From IMG/VR virus record IMGVR_UViG_3300045971_000156, positions 1-35,690 of that record: a DNA stretch of 35,690 bases, one strand, 5' to 3'. How positions within the stretch are numbered: position 1 is the first letter of the stretch; each line of letters starts with the position of its first letter. Below are positions 7,300 through 15,586 of this stretch, in pieces. Origin of the DNA: a virus. The notes under the pieces are model-generated. The model saw nothing but the letters and a program-made list of their open reading frames with translations, did no database searches and was not told the DNA's origin. The position numbers and the translations under genes were made by a program.

Positions 7300-7590
7300 A
7301 TGCTTAGAAAAGGCGTGAAGATCACTTTCCAGAACAGGCATTCACTTGTCAGCAAGGTCTATCAAATGATCCTTGAGGGCAACACTTCAAAGCAAACCAT
7401 AGTCAGAAGGCTCCACATAGATCAATCAAGGGTGCAGTCAGCACTATGGAACCTGACCTATGCAGGTAACGTGAAATGCGTCAGGATCGAAGGAAAGATC
7501 AGGTATGTATTAGCAACGGAGGACATAAAGCCTAAGTTTGACACCAGTTCACTTCTAACTATTTCCTTTATACACTATGACGAACAATAG
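7300..7590 (+). CDS. Hypothetical protein (96 aa), possible winged-helix DNA binder
   Basis: GGAG lies upstream of the ATG. KQTIVRRLHIDQSRVQSALWNLTYAGNVKCVRIEGKIRYVL has wHTH-like periodicity. Confidence 0.6.
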   Translation: MLRKGVKITFQNRHSLVSKVYQMILEGNTSKQTIVRRLHIDQSRVQSALWNLTYAGNVKCVRIEGKIRYVLATEDIKPKFDTSSLLTISFIHYDEQ

Positions 7591-7738
7591 TATTTGTATA
7601 TCAAAAAGTGGTAGACCAAATAAGCCTGACAAGCAGAAACCAATCCTGTTCAGGCCAAAGAATAAGAAGGTTCGGGATAAGTTCTATGAGTTGGGTGGTG
7701 GTAGGTGGATTAACAGATTGTTGGAAGGATTAACATGA
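7577..7738 (+). CDS. Hypothetical basic small protein (53 aa)
   Basis: Manual translation gives MTNNSICISKSGRPNKPDKQKPILFRPKNKKVRDKFYELGGGRWINRLLEGLT. Its stop overlaps the next ATG as ATGA at 7735-7738. Confidence 0.45.
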   Translation: MTNNSICISKSGRPNKPDKQKPILFRPKNKKVRDKFYELGGGRWINRLLEGLT

Positions 7739-8040
7739 ATAACGGTTTTGAATGGGAATGTGGTGACACATCAGCAGTCACCAAAGCGGTTGAGGATTTT
7801 GTAAGGTTTAACGTAGAGGCGGCATGGATGGTCGCTTTTAGGGATGCAGGAATCTGCATAGAGACAAAAAAAGGTCAGTGTGTGCTAACCATCTCAGACG
7901 ACGATGCTCTTATCCACAGGTCATTTGGATTGGAAGATATTGGGATGTTCATGATGTACAACAAGGAAGAAAAAGCAAAGGGAGTCGCGTTCTTAAAAGA
8001 ACTGATTGCTTTGGTTGAGTCTCAAGAAGATGAAGAATGA
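7735..8040 (+). CDS. Hypothetical acidic protein (101 aa), last early-right gene
   Basis: Track ORF with an ATG start. Confidence 0.6.
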   Translation: MNNGFEWECGDTSAVTKAVEDFVRFNVEAAWMVAFRDAGICIETKKGQCVLTISDDDALIHRSFGLEDIGMFMMYNKEEKAKGVAFLKELIALVESQEDEE

Positions 8041-8041
8041 T

Positions 8042-8063
8042 CCCTTTACCTTGACTGACAATA
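8042..8063 (+). promoter_or_regulatory. Late motif copy 1: CCCTTTACCttgaCTGACAATA
   Basis: One of five intergenic copies. GACAAT lies at 8057-8062, 33 nt before the ATG at 8095. Confidence 0.6.
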
Positions 8064-8094
8064 GCACATCAAACCACTTTTGAAGGACTGAATC

Positions 8095-8163
8095 ATGGCA
8101 ACAAAGAAACCAGCTAAGAAACCAGTTGACAAATGCCCTCCAAAAGGTAAAGGTAAGTGCTGA
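8095..8163 (+). CDS. Candidate 22-aa Lys-rich micro-ORF (MATKKPAKKPVDKCPPKGKGKC)
   Basis: AAGGA lies 7 nt upstream of the ATG. It is the first ORF after late motif copy 1. Confidence 0.3.
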   Translation: MATKKPAKKPVDKCPPKGKGKC

Positions 8164-8210
8164 TTTAGGGTTTACCCTGATCGGCGAACAATCCAAAAGG
8201 AACTCGCCAA

Positions 8211-8603
8211 ATGGAATTAGCAGAACCGATTGTTAACGGAAAATTAACGGTAAATCCTAGTCATTTCAAACCTGGAAATAAACTCGGTGTTGGTCGCCCA
8301 AAGGGAGCGAGATCAAGACTCCAAGAGAACTTCTTAGTCGTACTGGCTGAAGACTTTAAGGAGAACGGAGAGGATGCAATCGTCAAGATGCGCCAAGAAC
8401 GTCCGTCAGAGTATGTCAAGTGCATTGCAAGCCTAATGCCAAGACAACTTGAACTTGATCGACCTTTGCAGGAAATGACTGATGACGAACTCTACGCTGG
8501 CATCGCCGCCCTTCAACGCCTCGTTGATGCTGAAAACGCTCGCCAAGGAAGCGCAGACACGGCAATCTCAGAACCGACTCTACTCTTACCGTCCGTACAC
8601 TAA
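8211..8603 (+). CDS. terS: Putative terminase small subunit (130 aa)
   Basis: It sits immediately upstream of TerL. The FKPGNKLGVGRPKGARSR block is common in small terminases of this type. Confidence 0.6.
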   Translation: MELAEPIVNGKLTVNPSHFKPGNKLGVGRPKGARSRLQENFLVVLAEDFKENGEDAIVKMRQERPSEYVKCIASLMPRQLELDRPLQEMTDDELYAGIAALQRLVDAENARQGSADTAISEPTLLLPSVH

Positions 8604-9915
8604 ACAGAAAGAGTTTCACGACCAAGCAGTGAGAGAACGCCTGTTGATGGCAGGTAATCAGCTTGGAAAGACCGTAGCGGGTGCGTTTGAGATGGCAATG
8701 CACCTGACAGGCATTTATCCTGATTGGTGGAATGGCATACGGTTTGACAAGCAGGTAGCAGCATGGGCAGGGTCAGTGTCGACACTAGCCACACGCGACA
8801 CAGTTCAACGCCTTGTATGCGGTCGCCCAGGCCAGCTAGGGACGGGGTCAGTACCCAAAGACCTGATCACTGATTCAAAGTCAGCAATGGGAACTCCTGA
8901 CCTTCTGGACCATATCAAGGTTAGACACGTTTCAGGCGAAGAATCAACCTTAGCTTTCAAGTCTTACGAACAGGGCCGGGAAAAGTGGCAGGGTGAAACT
9001 CTGGACATTGTGTGGTTTGACGAAGAGCCAAGCCAAGACATCTACAGCGAAGGGTTGACACGAACCAACGCAACGGGTGGAATGACCTACATGACGTTCA
9101 CCCCGCTATTGGGTATGTCAGACGTTGTTAAACGCTTCCTGTTGGACAAATCACCCGGTACTGGTGTCACGACCATGACCATAGATGACGCTGAACACTA
9201 CACGCCAGAACAACGTGCAGCAATCATTGCCAGCTACCCGGCACATGAGCGTGAGGCTAGAACAAAGGGAATCCCAACGCTAGGCAGTGGTCGAATCTTT
9301 GCTGTACCTGATGAAATGATCTCCATTGATCCGTTTGAGATACCTGAGCATTGGGTGCAGATATGTGGGATTGACTTTGGATGGGATCACCCAAGCGCAG
9401 CGGCTCGGATAGCTTGGAACCGTGATGATGATGTGATTTACGTCACCTCGGCGCATAGACAACGTGAACAGACACCACTTTTGTTCGCAGCTACCGTCAA
9501 ACCTTGGGGTGAATGGATGCCCTGGTCTTGGCCGCATGACGGTTTACAGCACGACAAAGGTTCTGGTGAGCAGTTAGCAGAACAGTACAAGGCGCAGGGT
9601 TTGAATATGCTCGCCGAACGTGCAACCCACGCGCCAAAGGACGGTGAGGACGAGGGAAGCGGTGGAAACGGGGTAGAGGCTGGACTGATGGACTTGCTTG
9701 ACAGGATGCAATCAGGGAGGTTCAAGGTGTTCAAGCACCTGACTGATTGGTTTGAAGAATTCAGGATGTATCACCGAAAAGACGGAAAGGTAGTCAAGAC
9801 AGACGATGACTTGCTTTCAGCGACAAGGTATGCGGTGATGATGAAACGTCATGCCATTACCAAACCAAGACCAGCTAAACCAATCAAGTACGCACAGAGC
9901 AGATTCGTAGCTTAA
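8527..9915 (+). CDS. terL: Terminase large subunit (about 462 aa; alternative start 8482)
   Basis: It has Walker A (AGNQLGKT), Walker B (LDIVWFDEE), the nuclease block ICGIDFGWDHPSAA and a C-terminal DDDLLSATRYAVMM. The conserved YRPYTKQKEFH block forces a start upstream of the TerS stop, at 8527 or 8482. Confidence 0.9.
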   Translation: MLKTLAKEAQTRQSQNRLYSYRPYTKQKEFHDQAVRERLLMAGNQLGKTVAGAFEMAMHLTGIYPDWWNGIRFDKQVAAWAGSVSTLATRDTVQRLVCGRPGQLGTGSVPKDLITDSKSAMGTPDLLDHIKVRHVSGEESTLAFKSYEQGREKWQGETLDIVWFDEEPSQDIYSEGLTRTNATGGMTYMTFTPLLGMSDVVKRFLLDKSPGTGVTTMTIDDAEHYTPEQRAAIIASYPAHEREARTKGIPTLGSGRIFAVPDEMISIDPFEIPEHWVQICGIDFGWDHPSAAARIAWNRDDDVIYVTSAHRQREQTPLLFAATVKPWGEWMPWSWPHDGLQHDKGSGEQLAEQYKAQGLNMLAERATHAPKDGEDEGSGGNGVEAGLMDLLDRMQSGRFKVFKHLTDWFEEFRMYHRKDGKVVKTDDDLLSATRYAVMMKRHAITKPRPAKPIKYAQSRFVA

Positions 9916-9937
9916 CCCTTTACCTCCTTGGACAATC
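9916..9937 (+). promoter_or_regulatory. Late motif copy 2: CCCTTTACCtcctTGGACAATC
   Basis: It begins the base after the terL stop codon. GACAAT lies at 9931-9936, 24 nt before the portal ATG. Confidence 0.5.
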
Positions 9938-9959
9938 CTCATATCTAGAGGATTTGCCT

Positions 9960-12248
9960 ATGAAGATGGACGATGAAGAGCTAATTTCGCTCCTTTCCAA
10001 GAAGGAAGGTGATGCAGCTTCCTATATCCACGGAACTTTGGGCATTGAGCGTGAACTGGCTTTGCGTTCGTACTACCAAATGCCCTATGGCAGCGAACAA
10101 GAGGGTTGGTCCCAGATCGTCGCATCAGATGTTTCCGATTCGGTAGAGTGGATCTTGCCAGCACTGCTGAAAACCTTCACCAGCACCGACAAAGCGGTGT
10201 CCTTTGAGCCTACACGCGAATCAGACGTAAAAGGTGCTGACCAGGCTACTGACACGTGTAACTATGTTTTCTACAAGCAAAACAACGGCTTCCTGATCCT
10301 TTACACCGCTATCAAAGATATGCTAACCGTGCGTAATTGTGCGGTGATGTGGCGTAAGGAAACACTAGAAACAGTCTCAAGCATCCCGTTTAAGGGTGCA
10401 AGTGAGGAAATGCTTGCCATGCTGCTACAGCAGGGTGAGGACGCTGAGATCGTAGAGGCTAACACAGCACCTATCCTTGACCAACAGGGTCAGCCACAGA
10501 TTGATCCTATGACGGGACAGCCTGTTATGGGCTACAACGGTCGGATTAAGCAGACTGAAAAGAAAACAATCTGTAAGGTAGAAGCATTCTCACCTGAAGA
10601 CTTGCTGGTGGACCGTGAGTGGACTTCTCCCTTGTTGGATGATTGCCCCTACGTGTGCAGGTTGATGGCCGTCACCTTGTCAGACTTGAAGCTGATGGGG
10701 TTTAAGGACGTTACACCTGAAGAACTACGCGCATCTGACATGGTTGACGGTGCCAGTGCTGATGCTAACTTCCGCACAACCAAGGCTAATCAGATCGGTA
10801 CAGCTTCATCTAACTTTGGTTGGACTGATGACCACGACGATGATTCAATGGCTACCGGGTTTCTCAGGATTGAGTACGTCCTGGTTGACGCTGACGGTGA
10901 TGGTGTAGCAGAAAGACTGTGTATCTACCGACTAACCGACAGGATTCTGTCAAAGGAAGTCTGTTCGCACGTTCCGATTGCTACGTCTAGCCCAATCATC
11001 AACACACATCGGTGGGACGGTATGTCCATTGCTGATGCGGTGGGTGATTTGCAGAAACTGCACACTGAACTGTTGCGGCAGACACTGGACAACCTCAAGT
11101 TAACCAACAATCCACGAACTAAGGTGCTAACTGATGCTAACTGGTCGCCATTAGCCAACATTGATGACCTTTTGGACTCACGAATTGGCGGGATCATCCG
11201 TCAACGTGATGTTAACGCGATAACTGAACAGATAGTCCCGTTCTCTGCTGGCGCTTCCCTTCCAATGTTGGAGTACGTTCAAGGCATGAGGGAAAACCGT
11301 ACCGGGGTTTCACGTACATCAATGGGATTGAACCCTGATTCACTGAACAACACCGCGACAGGTCGCCAGATCGACCAATCGGCTGCGATGCAACGTATTG
11401 AACTGATTGCACGGATCATCGCTGAAACGCTTGTTAAACCGATATTCAAGGGCATCCTTAAGCTGTTGACTGAAGGCGGGATGGAAAAGTTAGCCTTTCG
11501 TCTGCGTGATGAGTTTGTTGAGTACGACCCTAACGAATGGCGTGATAGTTATGACATGACCATTAACGTCGGTCTAGGTTCGGGTGACACCATGCAGAAA
11601 GCTGGACAACTCATGTCCATCTGGCAGATGCAACAAGCTGCAATGCCTATGGGTTTGGCTAATCCTTTGAATCTTTACCACACCGCGTCGAAAGTGGTGG
11701 AAAACGCAGGCTTCAAGGACGTACAGAATTTCCTGACTGATCCTAGTAAAGCTCCGCCACAGCCGCAACAGCCTCCGATTCAGATTCAGTTGGAGCAGAT
11801 GAAACAGCAGGGCGATGCTCAAAAGTATCAAGCACAGACCCAGGCTGATATTCAGAAATTCCAAGCTGAAAAGCAGATAGAAGTGCAGATTGAACAAGTC
11901 AAAGCACAATCTCAGATCCAAGCAACTCAGGCCACGTTAGAACTGCAACGGGCGAATGATGAGCGTGATGCAGCTCGTGAAATGGCAAAGGCTCAGTACG
12001 ACGCGCAACTTGCCCAACAGCAGTTGGAGTTTGACAAGTGGAAGGCTGAATTTGACGCGCAGACCAAGATCTACATTGAACAACTGAAGATTCAAGCATC
12101 AGTTCCTCAGACCGCACCTGAACAAGCTAACGAAATGACTCAGGTCCTGTCTGGTCTACAGGCAGTCATTGCACAGATGTCAGCACCAAAGATGATTGTC
12201 CGTGATGCCTCTGGTAAGGCTATCGGTGTCCAACACGTTCAAGGATAA
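9960..12248 (+). CDS. Portal protein (762 aa) with a long Q-rich C-terminal coiled-coil
   Basis: Position after terL and size both fit. The N-terminal block LALRSYYQMPYGSEQEGWSQIVASDVSDSVEWILPALLKTF is typical of podovirus-type portals. GAGGA lies 7 nt before the ATG at 9960; the track start at 9954 is a TTG. Confidence 0.85.
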   Translation: MKMDDEELISLLSKKEGDAASYIHGTLGIERELALRSYYQMPYGSEQEGWSQIVASDVSDSVEWILPALLKTFTSTDKAVSFEPTRESDVKGADQATDTCNYVFYKQNNGFLILYTAIKDMLTVRNCAVMWRKETLETVSSIPFKGASEEMLAMLLQQGEDAEIVEANTAPILDQQGQPQIDPMTGQPVMGYNGRIKQTEKKTICKVEAFSPEDLLVDREWTSPLLDDCPYVCRLMAVTLSDLKLMGFKDVTPEELRASDMVDGASADANFRTTKANQIGTASSNFGWTDDHDDDSMATGFLRIEYVLVDADGDGVAERLCIYRLTDRILSKEVCSHVPIATSSPIINTHRWDGMSIADAVGDLQKLHTELLRQTLDNLKLTNNPRTKVLTDANWSPLANIDDLLDSRIGGIIRQRDVNAITEQIVPFSAGASLPMLEYVQGMRENRTGVSRTSMGLNPDSLNNTATGRQIDQSAAMQRIELIARIIAETLVKPIFKGILKLLTEGGMEKLAFRLRDEFVEYDPNEWRDSYDMTINVGLGSGDTMQKAGQLMSIWQMQQAAMPMGLANPLNLYHTASKVVENAGFKDVQNFLTDPSKAPPQPQQPPIQIQLEQMKQQGDAQKYQAQTQADIQKFQAEKQIEVQIEQVKAQSQIQATQATLELQRANDERDAAREMAKAQYDAQLAQQQLEFDKWKAEFDAQTKIYIEQLKIQASVPQTAPEQANEMTQVLSGLQAVIAQMSAPKMIVRDASGKAIGVQHVQG

Positions 12249-12251
12249 ACC

Positions 12252-13364
12252 ATGTCAAGCACACTAAGAAACGGTGAAACCCGTGACCTAAATCTCACAG
12301 CATCAGACTACATCGCCCTAGTCGCTATTTCAGGAACCTACACGGCAACAGTTGTCCGTGGCAATAGCTCTGGAACTGTTCTAGGGACTAACGCAACTGG
12401 CGGAACTTACGGTCCTTACACAGGTGGTGCTGTTATCAGGGTGGCGACAAGCGCATCAAGTGAGGTTGACTTTGACATCGGCGCTAGTCCGGTAATTGTG
12501 TCTGATACGTTCGTAATGTCCTCAATCAATCCTGTCACCGGGGGGATTAGTATTGGTGTGCTTCCGTACGCGCAACTAGATGCCTATTATGCTGGCACAA
12601 AGATGACTTTCACGCCCGGTGCGGGTGGTGGGGCATCCGTTGCAAACAGCGGGGTCATCACTACGCCCGGCGGCACTGACATCGTTATCGGTGTAGCAGG
12701 AAAGGTATTCTACGAAAATGCCACAGCCAATATCACTGGCGCTGGTCATTCCGTAGGCTCCCTTGGTTGGTCAGTTATCAACGCAACTGGCCGCACCACA
12801 CAACTTGCAATTGGCTCAGAAGGCAAGATAGACGTAATCGCAGGCACCGTGACCACGGGTGTGCTTAACGAATCACAGCTTGCATCAAATGCCGGAACCA
12901 TTAGCACCCTGATCGGCCAACGCTCTGCTGTTGTCGCCAACACCGGGACGATAGGTTATTACGTCGGTCATTACTTCCCTGACCACTCTGCAATTTCAGG
13001 TATCACGACCAAGCGGTGCTATCAGTCCGATGATCCAAATGCGCCAATGGTAGTCAAGTCTTTGGTGGTGTCTCAGGGTGTGTATGCAGTGGCACCAACG
13101 GCAGGGCAGACGATCACTATCCCTGACAACTACGGCGACTATCTTGTGATGCCAGCAGGAACACTGGCAACCCTGACGATCAACTTCCCTGCTGCACCGA
13201 TTGATGGGCAAGAGATCACGATCAAGACAAGCCAAGCACTTACTGCGTTGACCCTCAGCGGGAACGGCAAAACCATGTTTGACGGTGTGACAACGATGGC
13301 GGTTAACGCCTTCGTCACTTACAAGTATTACGCAGGCTCAACCCTGTGGTATCGCAAGGGTTAA
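12252..13364 (+). CDS. Hypothetical virion protein (370 aa), Gly/Thr/Ser-rich and fibre/beta-helix-like
   Basis: Track ORF with an AAGGA RBS. Its composition and short beta-strand periodicity resemble tail-fibre or spike proteins. I recognise no family. Confidence 0.6.
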   Translation: MSSTLRNGETRDLNLTASDYIALVAISGTYTATVVRGNSSGTVLGTNATGGTYGPYTGGAVIRVATSASSEVDFDIGASPVIVSDTFVMSSINPVTGGISIGVLPYAQLDAYYAGTKMTFTPGAGGGASVANSGVITTPGGTDIVIGVAGKVFYENATANITGAGHSVGSLGWSVINATGRTTQLAIGSEGKIDVIAGTVTTGVLNESQLASNAGTISTLIGQRSAVVANTGTIGYYVGHYFPDHSAISGITTKRCYQSDDPNAPMVVKSLVVSQGVYAVAPTAGQTITIPDNYGDYLVMPAGTLATLTINFPAAPIDGQEITIKTSQALTALTLSGNGKTMFDGVTTMAVNAFVTYKYYAGSTLWYRKG

Positions 13365-13411
13365 AACCTAATCCCCTCTGCACAAAGAACACAAGTTAAG
13401 GAGTAATTTAT

Positions 13412-13825
13412 ATGCCAACAGCAAGCTACACCAAGATCACAGCAGGTATCGAGCCATTGCTTGAAGCCATCAACGTCGGATCTGACACTTGGAAGATTGC
13501 CCTATCCAATGCAGATGCTACGGCTAAAACCACGTTTGTCGCAGGTACGGATGACCTGGCTACAGGTGCAGGCTACACCGCAGGTGGTAACGCTTGCACA
13601 GTGACCACAGCAGCACAGGTGGCGGGTACTTATACCTTCACACTTGGTAACCCGGCAGTGTGGACCGCATCGGCTTCTATGGGTCCATTCAGATACGCCA
13701 TCCTTGTGGACACGACCACATCAACGCCTGTTGCTCAGTGGGACTATGGGGTAGGTGGCGTAACCTTAGCAAGCGGTGACACGTTCACCTTCACATTCTC
13801 TGGTAACGTCTTTACAGCGGTTTAA
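13412..13825 (+). CDS. Hypothetical virion protein (137 aa)
   Basis: A strong AAGGAG RBS precedes it. The blocks GAGYTAGGN...VWTASASMGPFRYAILVD recur in conserved phage structural proteins of unknown role (from memory). Confidence 0.65.
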   Translation: MPTASYTKITAGIEPLLEAINVGSDTWKIALSNADATAKTTFVAGTDDLATGAGYTAGGNACTVTTAAQVAGTYTFTLGNPAVWTASASMGPFRYAILVDTTTSTPVAQWDYGVGGVTLASGDTFTFTFSGNVFTAV

Positions 13826-13827
13826 TC

Positions 13828-14571
13828 ATGGCTGATAACACAGCACAAAACGGCACGGCCACTATCGCGGCTGATGACGTCACTACCCTGAATGGCTCGG
13901 CCTCGTCTGGTGTCCTGGTTCAACGGATGAAGCCTGTATGGGGTGCAGATAACTCTGCCAGGGACACATCAGGCGCTTTCCCACTCCCTGTAACGCTAGA
14001 CGGTGATGAGCTTGTTACCTATGATGGTCGTACAAGTAGCTTCCGTATGCCCGGCAGGGCGGGAACCGCCGGGCAAAAGATTTTCAGCATCTACAACACA
14101 GCAGGATCAGGTGTTCTTGTTAGGCTAAACGAGATACATGTGCACATGACTGCCACGGTGATCAAGGCTGTGACAGTATTGCCCCCTATGGTGCGTATTT
14201 ATCGAGTAACGGCTGCACCCACAAGCGGTACTGCCGGGACAAAACAGCCAAAGGATTCAACCAAAACGTCTAGTGCCAGTGTTGCCATTCTGTTTGACGC
14301 CTCCGCGGACGGAACATCGTCTGCAACAGCATTGACCGCTACCCCTGTAGCCGGGGCAATTACCGCTCAGTTTGCCCCTCGGATGATCACTGCCGCTGGC
14401 TTTGACATGATCTTCAAGATGGAGTTTCTTAGCGGAAGCAGTGAGTACATCATCTTGCGAGAGGGTGAGGGCGCAGTCTGTGTTTTAGATTACGTGTTGG
14501 CAACGCAGAATCCTGTCACTGACATGTGGATGGTTACATCGGATTGGACTGAATACACAGCGGTAGCCTGA
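13828..14571 (+). CDS. Hypothetical virion protein (247 aa)
   Basis: Track ORF, tightly packed with its neighbours. Confidence 0.6.
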   Translation: MADNTAQNGTATIAADDVTTLNGSASSGVLVQRMKPVWGADNSARDTSGAFPLPVTLDGDELVTYDGRTSSFRMPGRAGTAGQKIFSIYNTAGSGVLVRLNEIHVHMTATVIKAVTVLPPMVRIYRVTAAPTSGTAGTKQPKDSTKTSSASVAILFDASADGTSSATALTATPVAGAITAQFAPRMITAAGFDMIFKMEFLSGSSEYIILREGEGAVCVLDYVLATQNPVTDMWMVTSDWTEYTAVA

Positions 14572-14572
14572 T

Positions 14573-15583
14573 ATGTCTTTGCTACTGCTACTTAGAGCGA
14601 GTGGTGGGGCAGCAAACTACACTCTGACAGGTAACGCTGGGTCATATTCCCTCACTGGTGGGTCAGCGGTACTCACCAAAACAAGCGGGTCTGTTGCCTA
14701 CACACTGACAGCAAACGCAGGTTCTTACTCGTTAACCGGGGGAACTGCGTCACTAAAGGTCGGCAGAAAGATCACCGCCAATGCGGGTTCTTACGCTCTA
14801 ACTGGCGGGACTGCTTCACTCAAGGTAGGCAGGAAACTCACAGCCAATGCAGGCACATACACCCTCACAGGTGGCTCTGCAACGCTCACAAAGTCAACAG
14901 GAAGCCTTGCATACACCCTAACCTCTAACCCAGGCTCATACAGCCTTACAGGTGGCACGGCAAGCCTAAAACGTGGATATTTCCTAACGGCAAATGCTGG
15001 AAGCTACTCGCTAAGTGATGGTGCGGCTAGTTTGTCAGTTGGTCGAAAGATCACAGGCTTGGCAGGGACGTACTCGATAACGGGTGGTTCTGCTGTACTG
15101 ACAAAGACCGGGACAGGTCCGACAAGCTACTCACTTACTGCTCTACCAGGAACTTACCTGATCACTGGATCAAGCGCAACGCTAACTTGGTCGGGTGAAC
15201 ATGCTCAGGGATATTCCGCTGAAATCGACCTCACACCACGTAAATACTACGTCAAACGCCGTGGTAAGTTGTTCCTGTTCAACACTGCACAACAGGCAGA
15301 TGATTGGATGGAAGCTGATGATCAGGCTGAAGAAGCTATCCAGAAGGCTCAAATCTCGTCTAGAAGGTCAAAGATCAGGGTAAGAAACAAGGTCATCACT
15401 GTTAAACCGATTGAAACGGTTGACATTCCCCAACTTCAATCCTTGGTTAACAGACTTGACCTGAAGGTAAATTTACCCCAACTTGTCAAACAGCAAGAGT
15501 TTGAACGGGTCATGCAGGTTATGGCACTTGCACAGCAGATGGTTGAAGAAGACGATCTAGAGTTACTTTTATTGTTGGGGTGA
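14573..15583 (+). CDS. Repeat-containing hypothetical protein (336 aa)
   Basis: It carries eight tandem units of 22-27 aa (LTANAGSYSLTGGTASLKVGRK-like). The N-terminus is MSLLLLL and the C-terminus is ELLLLLG. Confidence 0.65.
   Translation: MSLLLLLRASGGAANYTLTGNAGSYSLTGGSAVLTKTSGSVAYTLTANAGSYSLTGGTASLKVGRKITANAGSYALTGGTASLKVGRKLTANAGTYTLTGGSATLTKSTGSLAYTLTSNPGSYSLTGGTASLKRGYFLTANAGSYSLSDGAASLSVGRKITGLAGTYSITGGSAVLTKTGTGPTSYSLTALPGTYLITGSSATLTWSGEHAQGYSAEIDLTPRKYYVKRRGKLFLFNTAQQADDWMEADDQAEEAIQKAQISSRRSKIRVRNKVITVKPIETVDIPQLQSLVNRLDLKVNLPQLVKQQEFERVMQVMALAQQMVEEDDLELLLLLG
14618..15190 (+). repeat. Eight in-frame tandem coding repeats of about 66-80 nt
   Basis: The periodicity is seen in the protein at aa 16-206 (YTLTGNAGSYSLTGGSAVLTK / YTLTANAGSYSLTGGTASLKVGRK / ITANAGSYALTGGTASLKVGRK ...). 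Confidence 0.85.
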
Positions 15584-15586
15584 GAT

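Noticed and set aside
8167-8192. Possible sixth, degenerate late motif (GGGTTTACCctgatcggcgaACAAT)
   Set aside because: The CCC flank is replaced by GGG, and the spacing to the ACAAT block is 8 nt too long. TTTACC here may simply be part of the AGGGT-TT-ACCCT inverted repeat.
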